The translations under genes and the position numbers were made by a program. From a virus (Duplodnaviria; Heunggongvirae; Uroviricota; Caudoviricetes), in the IMG/VR virus record IMGVR_UViG_3300022862_000263: a stretch of DNA of 64,000 bases; one strand, 5' to 3'. Each line of letters opens with the position of its first letter. Position 1 is the stretch's first letter. Shown here piece by piece: positions 22,784-32,712 of this stretch. The notes below the pieces were generated by a model, which saw nothing but the letters and a program-made list of their open reading frames with translations, was not told the DNA's origin and did not search any database.

Positions 22784-22865
22784 ATCTGCGGTGTCGTCCC
22801 ATTTTTTTATAATTGAATCGGGTGCCGCTGGTTTGTTGGCATGCGCAGCATTGGAGAGTTGGAAA

Positions 22866-23564
22866 GTGAGTAATGAAGCACAAGTCATCACCATTGACGG
22901 CCCGAGCGGAGCTGGCAAGGGTACGGTTGCCAGCATCCTGGCGAATAAGCTCGGCTGGAAGCTGCTTGATTCAGGAGCTCTGTATCGGCTGCTGGCCTAC
23001 GCAGCTGGTAATCATGGGATTGACTACAGCAATGAGGATGGCCTGCAGGCCCTGGCTGCTCATCTGGACGTTCAGTTTGTTGCTGCAGCTCCGGGGCAGA
23101 CGCAAAAAATCATCTTGGAAGGTGAGGATGTAACCTCGGCTATCCGCACTGAAGATATCGCCGCTGGCGCTTCAAAAGTCAGTGCTTTACCCGGCGTGCG
23201 CGAGGCATTGCTGCAGCGCCAGCGTGAATTTCTCGAGTCTCCAGGCTTGATTGCGGACGGTCGTGACATGGGTACCGTGGTATTTCCGGATGCTGCGGTG
23301 AAAATCTTTTTGACTGCCAGTGCGGAGGAGAGGGCGAAGCGGCGGTTTGAACAATTGACATCTAAAGGTCACCAGGTGGCGCTGGCGCAGGTTCTGGCAG
23401 AAATTAAGGAGCGGGATGAGCGTGACTCCAGTCGGGCCGCCGCCCCTTTAAAGGCGGCAGCCGATGCTCTGTGCATCGACTCGACAGGGCTCTCCATTGC
23501 TAAGGTTGTTGAGCTGATCATCAGTCATATGGAAATCAGAATGCACAGCCTGCGGGCGGCATGA
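22866..23564 (+). CDS. cmk: cytidylate kinase
   Basis: GTG start 7 nt after GGAGAG. N-terminus [15 protein letters not shown] and [11 protein letters not shown] match Cmk. About 232 aa. Confidence 0.85.
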   Translation: MSNEAQVITIDGPSGAGKGTVASILANKLGWKLLDSGALYRLLAYAAGNHGIDYSNEDGLQALAAHLDVQFVAAAPGQTQKIILEGEDVTSAIRTEDIAAGASKVSALPGVREALLQRQREFLESPGLIADGRDMGTVVFPDAAVKIFLTASAEERAKRRFEQLTSKGHQVALAQVLAEIKERDERDSSRAAAPLKAAADALCIDSTGLSIAKVVELIISHMEIRMHSLRAA

Positions 23565-23618
23565 GGCATTTCAATAGGTGCGGTTAGCTAGGCCCAGGAA
23601 TTTCTCCTCAGGGCATAA

Positions 23619-23737
23619 TTAGATCGTTGTCTACCAAGGCCATTGGTGCATGGATCCGGCGTGAGTCATGGGGGAGGGTTGAAATGATCGCCGGCCTATC
23701 AAAAGTAGGTCTAATTTTGAGTTTAGATCGTTGTCTA
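23619..23737. repeat. two copies of 15-16-mer ttagatcgttgtctac 102 bp apart (third copy at 27486)
   Basis: Exact repeats at 23619-23634 and 23722-23737, in the cmk-downstream intergenic region upstream of the 23857 ORF. Confidence 0.5.
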
Positions 23738-23856
23738 CTGATAGTCCTGGATTTCCCTACTGCATGCGCTTCTCCGGTAATCAGTGGGTGGGGGTTTTAA
23801 ATAAATATGGTATATTGACATTACAGCGGGTTCCCACGGGGATATGATGCTAGGGG

Positions 23857-24366
23857 ATGCCTCGAACCGAAAATCCATGGATGCGAGCAATGCACTTTCT
23901 TTCGACTGTAAAATTGATCAAGCGCCTTGATAAGGGCCTCATCACTGTGAAAGACCTGCCTTTCGACAAGCTCTCCGAGGACGAGGTGGCTCGCATCATG
24001 AGGTACCATGGTTGGCAATATCGATTTCTACCAAAACCCTTCAAGACCAAGGCGGTGCTTGAGGCCTCCGTATTGAGTCGATACAACGCAGTGAGATCGG
24101 TGGGGCGCGGAAACGTGACCGACGAGCTTGCCTGTATGGCCATCGACAAGTACGGTCTGAAGACCTTCCTGGCGCTGGATGACCGCTGTAAGACTGAGGT
24201 TGTGTGCCTTCACGCTCTCCGCAACGACTCGAGGGCCTACCTGGCGATCAAGCCGACGCAGCTCACGGATGCAATCTCGAAGTTCCTGAGGGTTAAGCTG
24301 AGGATCAATGCGACAATTGATCAATCTCCTGGAGCGGTGCCCGAAAGATTTTCAGCTGCAGCTTAA
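23857..24366 (+). CDS. hypothetical protein
   Basis: 169-aa ORF. Confidence 0.4.
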   Translation: MPRTENPWMRAMHFLSTVKLIKRLDKGLITVKDLPFDKLSEDEVARIMRYHGWQYRFLPKPFKTKAVLEASVLSRYNAVRSVGRGNVTDELACMAIDKYGLKTFLALDDRCKTEVVCLHALRNDSRAYLAIKPTQLTDAISKFLRVKLRINATIDQSPGAVPERFSAAA

Positions 24367-24421
24367 GTTTTCGCCGCTACCACCGTTACGACTTATGTGC
24401 AGATGACCAGAAGGGGTTGTA

Positions 24422-25372
24422 ATGACCGCGCCAGTGACCGTCGAGTACCGTTGCATCAAGTGCAAGCAGAAAACGCCACCACCGTTGGCATCAGCGAGAT
24501 TCGTCTTGTGCCCGTGCGGTTACATGACATCAGCATCGGCTGCGGAGCAGGTTGCCAGCACTGAGGTGGTAGCTGAAGGTGCTGTAGATGCTCGCTACGC
24601 ACAAAACCAAACCTCATATTCAATGACAAGGATGGATTCCATGAGCCACAGCCTCGACAATTCCCATGCACTGCGAAGCGCTTTTGAAGCTCAAGTGCAA
24701 GACCTTGGGTTGTATACCCACAGCTTTCAGCGTCACACCGAAGATAGTGCTGGCGCAGAGAATGCAACCAGTGGCCGTGATCAGCCTGTCGTTGCAGGCG
24801 ACTATGTCAGTCTATTCATGCAAGATGCCTGGAAGATCTACAGGGCATTCCACATCAGTTTGGTTACAAAACCTGAGCCCGTGAAGCACGTTACCCGATA
24901 CGACGGTGGCATGAGCCTGGGAGGGCAATCTGTTGTTAAGGGCACCGACTTCGACCAAGAGCGTACCTTGCGCTTGGCTGCAGAGGCAGAGTTGGAATCG
25001 CTGAAGGCCTCGTATCAGACAGTGCATGAGTCGTTGACATCTGTGCGCAATGAGCGTGACCGGGCAGCAATGGAGGTGGGCAATCTCCAATCCGATTTGG
25101 AGCATGAAAAACGCCAATCAAATATCCTGGAGATCGGGCTTGAAAACTTTGACAGGCTGATAAATCTGCAGAAAAAGCAGGCCTCGATGGCTGAGAAGGC
25201 TCTTGTTGCTGCTCAAGAGGCTGTTCGGATATGTATCGAGACTTCTTCAGTCGGCCCGCGATACATCGAAAGGCTGGAGCTGATTCTCGCCGGTTGCCAT
25301 GAGGCGGCAACATTGCTAGCTATGGCAAACCGACTGCCGGAACGCCCGCAAAATGGCACGCCTGTTGGTTAA
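24422..25372 (+). CDS. hypothetical zinc-ribbon plus coiled-coil protein
   Basis: 316 aa. N-terminal C-x2-C...C-x-C (CIKCKQ...CPCGY) and a C-terminal coiled-coil (LESLKASYQTVHESL...). Confidence 0.45.
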   Translation: MTAPVTVEYRCIKCKQKTPPPLASARFVLCPCGYMTSASAAEQVASTEVVAEGAVDARYAQNQTSYSMTRMDSMSHSLDNSHALRSAFEAQVQDLGLYTHSFQRHTEDSAGAENATSGRDQPVVAGDYVSLFMQDAWKIYRAFHISLVTKPEPVKHVTRYDGGMSLGGQSVVKGTDFDQERTLRLAAEAELESLKASYQTVHESLTSVRNERDRAAMEVGNLQSDLEHEKRQSNILEIGLENFDRLINLQKKQASMAEKALVAAQEAVRICIETSSVGPRYIERLELILAGCHEAATLLAMANRLPERPQNGTPVG

Positions 25373-25427
25373 AAAACGAGGTATCTGACGGGAGGGTGTC
25401 GAGGTGTCAGCAGAGGTTAGCTGATGT

Positions 25428-25461
25428 GAATGCAGGGAGAGAAATCAATCTTCCTGCATTC
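25428..25461. terminator. hairpin between convergent genes (9-bp stem gaatgcagg/cctgcattc, 16-nt loop)
   Basis: Perfect inverted repeat followed by tcaaaaagc. Could serve both convergent genes. The loop is long. Confidence 0.35.
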
Positions 25462-25483
25462 TCAAAAAGCTTCGATGGTTACG

Positions 25484-26035
25484 CTATTTAATTGAGTGAT
25501 TCCCTGGCACTGCGCGATCAGCTTCGGTGTGGGGCGTGCCACCAAAATTATGGTGGTTATAGGCCGCAATGGCATCTTCCTCAGAATCGTATTCGCTTTC
25601 GACCCATGGGAATACCATGCGCTCGAAATGAGCACGTTCTTCTGAGGTCAGATCAGTCCACAGGTATATCTCGCCATCCTCGCCAGGCACGCCGAATTCA
25701 CCTTGCCAGTACTGCTGAATGGCAGTGAGCCGCTGAAGCCCGTCGAGAAGAATCTGATCTAGATCCGGGTTGTTCAGTGTGCTGTTGACCATGAACGTAC
25801 CGAGCGAAACCCCCAAGAAAACACTCTCAATGAAAGCAATCTGCTGAGCCTCAGACCACTTATCATCACCACGCTGCCAGTATGGGATTTTGTAGCCAAG
25901 CACGCTTTTGCCGGCATATCCGGCCTGCCTGAGCTCTTCTTCCCTCCTAAGCCACTGCAGTCGAATGGACGACATCATGGATTGCATGGCTTGGCCGTAA
26001 TAGCGACGCTTTGGAATTCTGCTAGAGGCTGTCAT
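25484..26035 (-). CDS. hypothetical protein
   Basis: 183-aa ORF. Confidence 0.4.
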   Translation of the reverse strand: MTASSRIPKRRYYGQAMQSMMSSIRLQWLRREEELRQAGYAGKSVLGYKIPYWQRGDDKWSEAQQIAFIESVFLGVSLGTFMVNSTLNNPDLDQILLDGLQRLTAIQQYWQGEFGVPGEDGEIYLWTDLTSEERAHFERMVFPWVESEYDSEEDAIAAYNHHNFGGTPHTEADRAVPGNHSIK

Positions 26036-26073
26036 GTGGTGCTCACTCTAATTCTTTGTCGGAGGCGGCCTGA

Positions 26074-26529
26074 TTAGTCATCAGCCTTTCCACGGCTTGC
26101 CAAGCGCTCCAGGGCGCTTTTGAGTTTTGGGTCACTGATCCCGTTTGCCGCGCACAGTATCTGCTCTGATGACGCTTCGGAAATCTTAATTTTCCTGCTT
26201 TGAGGTTTGGTAACGACGATTGGCGGCTCGACTTTGAAAATGATCCGCTGAATCCCTGCGAACTCCCCATGCGCTGCGAGCTGCCGCATGATTCGCCGTT
26301 GCTGATACCTCAGCTTGGTAGCCCAGTTTGCGTCAGTGACCACCAGGAGTAGGGTATAATCCTTCCAGGAAGCGACCTTGCAGAATGGTCTGACAGCAGG
26401 TTGCAGCTGAGCCTCGAGCAGCTGCTGAAGGCGAACAATCCTGCCGGCCTTCTCGTAGAGGCCTTTCAGGTCTTCCGCTTCGCTTAGCCACAAGCCAGGA
26501 GGCTTCATGGTCACTGGTTTGTCAGACAT
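26074..26529 (-). CDS. DciA-like (DUF721) protein
   Basis: 151 aa. Segment CKVASWKDYTLLLVVTDANWATKLRYQQRRIMRQL fits the DUF721/DciA pattern (hydrophobic-LxV core, conserved W, basic tail). Confidence 0.45.
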   Translation of the reverse strand: MSDKPVTMKPPGLWLSEAEDLKGLYEKAGRIVRLQQLLEAQLQPAVRPFCKVASWKDYTLLLVVTDANWATKLRYQQRRIMRQLAAHGEFAGIQRIIFKVEPPIVVTKPQSRKIKISEASSEQILCAANGISDPKLKSALERLASRGKADD

Positions 26530-26656
26530 CCGGGGGATTCAGGGCTGTTGGTGGCTAAAGGTTAGCGCATGGTAACAAAATTTGGACAATGGACGAACGA
26601 TCTGAAGATCGACACCAGTGATTTGGAAGACAGCGGCGGCCCCAGCCCCTTAGCGA

Positions 26657-27166
26657 TTGGGTGCAATGCGATCCAGTGTGTATGATACGGGCCTACACCC
26701 ATATCCTCGATGGCAGACGATGACGAATCAACCTACCCCTGATGCAGCTCTAATCCTCCATGAGGTGCGCGGGCTGATCACAAAAAATCGGGAGATCATC
26801 GAGACGATACTCCGACAGTCACTCTTAAGCAGCAACACAGCTGGAGCCTGCCTCTACGCCTCACTTATCTGCGCGCAGACCATCAACAAATTCACGGCTG
26901 CAAAAGCCATCATTCGTGGCGGAGATGGGGAGGGGGATGGAGGTCTCCTGGTTGACGGTGTTAGAAATGGGCACTACTGGCTTGAGGTAGACGTATGCGG
27001 TGACCGTTTTATCGTGGACATCACTGCCGATCAATTTGGTTTGCCACCCGTTATCATTGAACGCGTTGAGGTGATGCAGCAGCTCTACGTTCCTGGTGAT
27101 CAGATGGTGGTAGACGGGCACGTGGCCGACATGAAAAACCAGATAGGGATGGTGGTTGATCAATGA
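26657..27166 (+). CDS. hypothetical protein (likely starts at ~26720, MTNQPTP)
   Basis: 169-aa ORF. Gly/Asp-rich loop. Confidence 0.35.
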   Translation: MGAMRSSVYDTGLHPYPRWQTMTNQPTPDAALILHEVRGLITKNREIIETILRQSLLSSNTAGACLYASLICAQTINKFTAAKAIIRGGDGEGDGGLLVDGVRNGHYWLEVDVCGDRFIVDITADQFGLPPVIIERVEVMQQLYVPGDQMVVDGHVADMKNQIGMVVDQ

Positions 27167-27387
27167 ACGTAAAAGCGCAGAGCTATGATTTCGACCGAGA
27201 AGATCTTGAGCGAAGAATAAGCGAGTGGTTCACCAGCGAGGAGGCGCAGATAAGCCTGCGCCAGGCCGCTGAAGAGGCTAATCTCAGGATCGCCCAGGTG
27301 AGGCGGGAGCAGCGTGTAACCTGGCAACAAATGAATACTCCAATTGGCCCGCTGCATGGTAGCTGGCGTGTGCAAAACAGCTTTTAA
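27163..27387 (+). CDS. hypothetical small protein
   Basis: 74 aa, start overlaps the previous stop. Confidence 0.3.
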   Translation: MNVKAQSYDFDREDLERRISEWFTSEEAQISLRQAAEEANLRIAQVRREQRVTWQQMNTPIGPLHGSWRVQNSF

Positions 27388-27965
27388 AGGCCGGGGCCAG
27401 GCTCTGTATCACGAGGTTTACGCTCGTTCATCAGATGCGAGAACTCCACGCAGTCAGGGTCTAGCACTGCATAAGCTTTAACTTTTAGATCGTTGTCTTC
27501 TGGCAGAAGTGCCGCTTGATACCCCTCCGACCGCAAAAGGGTCATCACGGCGGGGGAGTCCAAAATTCTGTAAGCGCTTTCGCCAATTTCTCCCTCGACT
27601 TCGACATCCCATGGGCCGTCAACTGCCAGAATCTCCGGATCTGCGTTGTAGACGCCCAGGAGCCTTTTCAACACTTCATCCTGGTGAAGATCAACAACCT
27701 TATCGGCCTGTAGGCTGACAGCTGATACGGTACCTCCACGAGCAAAGTATGTCGCGTAGGGGAGGTCTTCGGTCAGGTAGAACGGGCGGCCAGCACTCAC
27801 TATCGGCTTGCGATTGCCGGGGACTCCGAAAGCCTTGTTGCCTGTTCTGTGAGGACTACCGTGGAACAGAACCTTTGCCACTGCCGGACTGTTTTCATGA
27901 GATCTCATAAGGGAACCTTGATGTTGGATGCTTTTAGTGTATGTCCTGCGAAAATACCGATTCAA
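27384..27965 (-). CDS. putative ART-fold protein (H-Y-E class, diphtheria-toxin/Tpt1-like)
   Basis: 193 aa. LFHGSP...(24 aa)...RPFYLTED..PYATYF mirrors the ExoA/DT pattern YHGT...GFYIAG. Related in pattern to the 55790 ORF. Confidence 0.35.
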   Translation of the reverse strand: MNRYFRRTYTKSIQHQGSLMRSHENSPAVAKVLFHGSPHRTGNKAFGVPGNRKPIVSAGRPFYLTEDLPYATYFARGGTVSAVSLQADKVVDLHQDEVLKRLLGVYNADPEILAVDGPWDVEVEGEIGESAYRILDSPAVMTLLRSEGYQAALLPEDNDLKVKAYAVLDPDCVEFSHLMNERKPRDTEPGPGL

Positions 27966-28365
27966 CTCAGGCCTAAATCCCTCTCCATGGTATTAATCTA
28001 GAGTAGAAAACGCATGATTTCCTGGCAATATTGGCTATATAATCACACCGCAGTAAAGGTATAGCTCGCCGGTGAGCTAATGAGAACTAATCGGATGTAG
28101 AGGCATTAATGTCCAACGTCAAATGCTCAAAATCGCCTACCTTCAAAGAGAAATGGGGGTGGGTCGCCGACAGCCCGCCCGGCATCGCTTTGATTTTCTC
28201 CATGACTTTGTTGATCATTGGCTGCTCAACGTTGTACTTTACTTAGTACAGCCCAATCTCAGCGATCTCCGTTGTCGCACGGCGCCAATATGTGGAGACG
28301 TTGACGAGAATTGATCGAGATGAGGGTCACCAAGCCCTCAGCTCTACTTCAATATATGCTTATAT

Positions 28366-28926
28366 ATGCTTCAGCTTACCTTGGAATTTGGGATCAAAGC
28401 CCTGGCCCAGGCTGGGCCATTGACGAAATGCCTTGGAAAACGACTCGCATCGATCTGGATCTCCTATCGCCGATCACACTCCCCTAGAAATGTGACACAA
28501 TGGCCATCAACTTTTCGTTTACCTGATGGGCAAACCATGCAGTGGAGCCTAATTCATTCAGTGACCCTGGAGAAGCCCAGCTTCGGCAAGGCGTGCAATG
28601 GTTGCGGCATCTGCTGCATTTCCGTGGTCTGTGACCTCGGGGTTACCCTCGGGGATGACATGAACTGTAAAGCCCTGACGCGCAAGCCGGATGGGAGCTT
28701 CCAGTGTGGAATGGTAGTTGACCCTTACCGGTACATGTCTGATGAAGACTTAAGCACCTGGCGGGCACTGGATCGGCTTGGGGGAGGAGCACAAGGTGAA
28801 GACGCCCTGAAGGCTTGCCATGCTGAAGCTCTGGGGGCTGGCCTCGGCTGTGACGCCGATGATGAGGCGCTTCAGGAGTACCTGCAGGAAGCGAGGGAAA
28901 ATGAGCAGATGACCCTAGAGCTGTAG
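28366..28926 (+). CDS. hypothetical Cys-rich protein (start uncertain)
   Basis: ORF with CNGCGICCISVVC and further Cys. Possible internal start at MQWSLIHS (~28537). Confidence 0.3.
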   Translation: MLQLTLEFGIKALAQAGPLTKCLGKRLASIWISYRRSHSPRNVTQWPSTFRLPDGQTMQWSLIHSVTLEKPSFGKACNGCGICCISVVCDLGVTLGDDMNCKALTRKPDGSFQCGMVVDPYRYMSDEDLSTWRALDRLGGGAQGEDALKACHAEALGAGLGCDADDEALQEYLQEARENEQMTLEL

Positions 28927-29506
28927 GTATCACTCGGTCATTAGTCTTAGCCATTCAGTCGCGATTTCGAGGCCTGTTTTCTCCGCGTGCTCGAGGCACT
29001 GCGCTTGAATCTTATTCGTCATTGGCATGGACAGCATCACTTGCGTCCTGCATGAGCTTGCGGCCATTTTGGGGAAGTTGTCCCAACTGAAGGCTGCACC
29101 TCTATAGTTGGGGTTACTAAGTTCCGCCAACATCCGTCCAGTCGTCGCGTGGCAGATCAGGCTAACTCTGTCTTTGTACTTGTCGGCGAGCATTGAAGTT
29201 CCTTGGACGGAGGTGTGGAGCCCCGACAAGAGTAGAGGATTGGGAGGGGTGTGGCAGTGCTCGCCCGGATACTTGAAACTACCCGGCGCACCAGCGCAAC
29301 CACATCATCAAGGCTACTCGTCCGAAAATCCAGGGTCAAGCACAAGACCAGAAGCGAGGTCGTAGAGGTCGAGAGAGAGCAAATCGATATCTTCACGGCA
29401 AAGCCGTGCCTCTGGCTTTTACGAGCAGTTCGAGCAGAGCAGAAACCGACCAAAGGTGCAAAAACTAGTGTAAATTGACAGGATGTCAGCATGGGTTGAT
29501 GGATGA

Positions 29507-30142
29507 ATGGAGTGTAAGAAAGGCGGTGAGGAACATGGCGTGGTGTTCGATGCGTTCGGCACCCTGGTCAAGATCGACCGAGCAAGCCATCCATACCGTC
29601 AGCTCCTTAAGCTTGGCATCATGCGTGGAAGAAAGCCGAGGCATGACGACGTGAGCGCAATCATGAGCAATCACTGGAGCCTAGAGGTTGCTGCCTGTGA
29701 GCTGGGTATTGCAATCAAATGTCATGAGCTCGAGGCGCTTCAGTCGTGTCTTGATGACGAGCTTTCAAGCATTACGGCGTACCCAGATGGGCTCGATGCG
29801 GTGGCCATGCTTAAGTGCGCCGGATTTAGGGTTGGGGTATGCAGCAACCTGGCGCTACCGTATGCGCCAGCCCTGATGGGCTTATACCCATCGCTTGATG
29901 CAATGAGCTTCAGCTTTGAGGTCGGCGCCCTCAAGCCAGACGTGAGGATCTACCAAGACGTCTGCGCAAAACTGGGCGTCGATCCAGGGAGCGTCACAAT
30001 GATCGGTGACTCGCAAAAATGCGACTCCATAGGGCCTAGAGAATTTGGCATGGGCGGCTGGCATCTCGATAGATCACCGGGAGCGCCGTTATCGGAGCTA
30101 ACGAGCTTCGCAGGCATAATGATCAAGAAATTTAAGATTTGA
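29507..30142 (+). CDS. HAD-superfamily hydrolase (2-haloacid dehalogenase-like motif I)
   Basis: 211 aa. Motif I FDAFGTL (DxYGTL type). Motif IV GDS. Stop overlaps the next start. Confidence 0.6.
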   Translation: MECKKGGEEHGVVFDAFGTLVKIDRASHPYRQLLKLGIMRGRKPRHDDVSAIMSNHWSLEVAACELGIAIKCHELEALQSCLDDELSSITAYPDGLDAVAMLKCAGFRVGVCSNLALPYAPALMGLYPSLDAMSFSFEVGALKPDVRIYQDVCAKLGVDPGSVTMIGDSQKCDSIGPREFGMGGWHLDRSPGAPLSELTSFAGIMIKKFKI

Positions 30143-30924
30143 GGGTGATGATGCAGAACTGGATTCAACGATTTCCAATCAATACCAAAGGTAGAAGCTT
30201 CGCGATCAGTGATATTCACGGGTGCATCAAGCTGATGAAGAAACGCCTGGCGGCGGTCGGGTTCGACGAATCGTGCGATCTCGCTTTCCCTGTGGGCGAC
30301 CTGGTCGACAGAGGGCCTGAGAGCGAGTGGATCCTGGATGTATTAGGTGAGAGTTGGTTCAAGCCAATCATCGGAAACCATGAGGCCTTCATCCTCAAGC
30401 TCTATAAGGATGGCAACCCATCTGCATCCACCCTTAAAGAGGCGCTGGAGTTCAAGACCTCTGGCTTTGACTGGTGGGGTAAGACGTCGCCGGCGTTCCG
30501 CCGTGAATTTCTGGAAAAGGTCAGGCAGCTTCCAATCGCCACCGAGCTGGAAACCTCCATCGGTAAGGTCGGGATGGTGCATGCTGACGTGCCAAGCGGC
30601 CTGCACTGGGATCGCATTGTCGATCTGATCAATCACCCGGATGTGGAGCAGCGCCGTCTGCTGCTGAGCAACCGTAATCGAGTCAAGACTAAGGATTGCA
30701 CCCCAGTGCCTGGCATTGAGCGGGTATACGTTGGACACAACATCGTCAAACGACCACTTACGCTTGGCAACGTGATCGCTATCGACACCGGGGCCTACAA
30801 AGGCCGATCCAAGAAGTGGAGAGGGAAGGGGCAGCTCAGCGTGGTGCGTGTGGATGTCTCTATGAGGGAGCTCAATGAGCATATCCAGAAGCTCCATCCT
30901 GGCCAAGGCTTGCTTATTCCTTGA
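30139..30924 (+). CDS. PPP-family metallophosphoesterase (Ser/Thr phosphatase / ApaH-like)
   Basis: 261 aa. GDLVDRGP and GNHE signatures. DIHG at the N-terminus. Confidence 0.75.
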   Translation: MRVMMQNWIQRFPINTKGRSFAISDIHGCIKLMKKRLAAVGFDESCDLAFPVGDLVDRGPESEWILDVLGESWFKPIIGNHEAFILKLYKDGNPSASTLKEALEFKTSGFDWWGKTSPAFRREFLEKVRQLPIATELETSIGKVGMVHADVPSGLHWDRIVDLINHPDVEQRRLLLSNRNRVKTKDCTPVPGIERVYVGHNIVKRPLTLGNVIAIDTGAYKGRSKKWRGKGQLSVVRVDVSMRELNEHIQKLHPGQGLLIP

Positions 30925-31023
30925 TTCTATCAATCCATTGATGCGTAAAATCCGCCAGTTAGTTGGCGGCTTTCCAATTCTATAGTTTTCGCTGAGATCA
31001 TTTGTTTGTAAAAATTTATTCTG

Positions 31024-31890
31024 GTGAATACAATTCCTTCAATGGTGCTAATAAAAACAACAACAGGTGCCCATATGATTAGCATGAAGCCGCTAGAGAA
31101 AATCCATCCACGAACCAAAATATCATCTTGGGAATCTATAGATCAAAAGCTTGGAGACAATTTTTACTCACTAGATGGAGTTAAAATCAATAGAGGTGAT
31201 AGGATTTCTGACAAGGGAAGGTTGCCCGTACTCCTTAATAATGATGGCACTGCTGTAGGAGATTTGATCCCTTACTCGTCATGGGGGTCAAGCCTTTCGA
31301 ATCTTCTAACTAAAAGATCCTGGGACATGCTCAGACATCCAAGGATTGAGAAAAACAACAATGTCTGTGAGCTTTGCGGTGGTAAGTTTAAGGTTTTGGA
31401 TGTGCATGAGGTTTGGAGTTACTGGGTAAAAGAGTCTAATGAAGCTCAGATAAGATCAAATGTGCTCCCTGGCCGCATAGGTGTGCAGAGGCTGGATGGT
31501 TTGTTAACTGTCTGTCATGAGTGTCACAAATGCTTTCACCTTGGCTTTGCACACGCTACAGGAGATCTGGATAATGTTTTAAAAAGACTGTCTATGATTA
31601 ACGGCTGGAAGGGGGCTCAATCAAAAGACTACTTCAAGACTGTTGGTGATAGATGGAAGAGTTTATCTAGGTTAAGCTGGATTCTCGATTTTAGTGGGGT
31701 TGAGCATCCTGACGGCTATTTTACGATTAAGTCACCGTGGGTGCGTGAAAAATTAGACCAAAGATATCTTCATTCTGTATCAAGGGAAGGTGGTGAAAGA
31801 TTGACTGCCATAGTAGGTCATAGCTGGAAATTCTCAAAAGAGGATCAGGCTACATACGAAACCTTGGAATCTTTAACCATGAACGTATGA
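31024..31890 (+). CDS. hypothetical Cys/His-motif protein in a low-GC segment
   Basis: 288 aa, AT-rich codons. CELCGGK...CHECHKCFH could be a zinc finger or HNH-like. Confidence 0.45.
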   Translation: MNTIPSMVLIKTTTGAHMISMKPLEKIHPRTKISSWESIDQKLGDNFYSLDGVKINRGDRISDKGRLPVLLNNDGTAVGDLIPYSSWGSSLSNLLTKRSWDMLRHPRIEKNNNVCELCGGKFKVLDVHEVWSYWVKESNEAQIRSNVLPGRIGVQRLDGLLTVCHECHKCFHLGFAHATGDLDNVLKRLSMINGWKGAQSKDYFKTVGDRWKSLSRLSWILDFSGVEHPDGYFTIKSPWVREKLDQRYLHSVSREGGERLTAIVGHSWKFSKEDQATYETLESLTMNV

Positions 31891-31965
31891 CAAATAATTT
31901 CTGGGTTTCTAGCTATAATATCGGCAGCTGGTAAAAAACTGCCGATTTTAATTTTGAGTAGCTTG

Positions 31966-32712
31966 TCAACCAGGATGCGATCCCGGTACCGGTATGTTGC
32001 TTCTCACCTTGCGGTTGCTATTGGAGAGGGCTATGCCAGCAGTCACCATGCCGGAGGTCGCTGGGACATCCTTGAGAGATATAGTTCCGTCGTCAACAAG
32101 ACCTTTGATGAACCTTTCCAGGTCTTTGTTATGTCGATCAAGGCCGTGAATAGTGATCCGTTGTTGTTCGGTCTCTGTTTGCAGGCTCGAGAGTCGCATG
32201 GTCAGCCGCCCGTTACCTTCGCGTAGTTCTTCGTGAAGGCCTCGAATGCGATCATTATCCGAGGTTAGGCTCTTGATCTGCTTCGCTTCGGGAGACAAGC
32301 CGCGAGGCTTTTTCTTGAGCTCCCTGATTTGATCCTGAGCTTTCTCCAGCTCACGCTGAACAGCTCCGAGTTCTGCCTCAAATTCATCAGCCCGCTCTTC
32401 TGCTGCCTCTGCTGCGGCAACAGCGTTACGGAGTCTGACCTTGAGTTGAGTAATTTTTGCTTCCAGCTTTCTGGTTGTTACCTTGAGTCTGGCTTTGCCG
32501 GCAGACACCTTGACGGCTGCAGCGTGCTGGAGCTTATCAATCAAAGCCGCGAATTGGCTTGGGCGGAATTCAAAGAGCGTGGTTCTGTTTTCCTTGCCAG
32601 GGAATCTTGTCTTCGATACTGCAAAAAACTCATGACCTTCGAGAAGCTTTGGAAGCTTGTCTGGGCTGGATTTGTAGAATTTCGGATCAAAACGTCTGTC
32701 AGGCTTAGCCAT
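31966..32712 (-). CDS. hypothetical coiled-coil protein
   Basis: 248 aa with a long heptad-like Ala/Glu/Lys-rich central region. Confidence 0.45.
   Translation of the reverse strand: MAKPDRRFDPKFYKSSPDKLPKLLEGHEFFAVSKTRFPGKENRTTLFEFRPSQFAALIDKLQHAAAVKVSAGKARLKVTTRKLEAKITQLKVRLRNAVAAAEAAEERADEFEAELGAVQRELEKAQDQIRELKKKPRGLSPEAKQIKSLTSDNDRIRGLHEELREGNGRLTMRLSSLQTETEQQRITIHGLDRHNKDLERFIKGLVDDGTISLKDVPATSGMVTAGIALSNSNRKVRSNIPVPGSHPG

Noticed and set aside
22791-22865. Upstream GTG start giving a 257-aa Cmk
   Set aside because: The N-terminal extension has no counterpart in Cmk proteins. GTG 22866 preceded by GGAGAG gives the canonical [14 protein letters not shown]-terminus.
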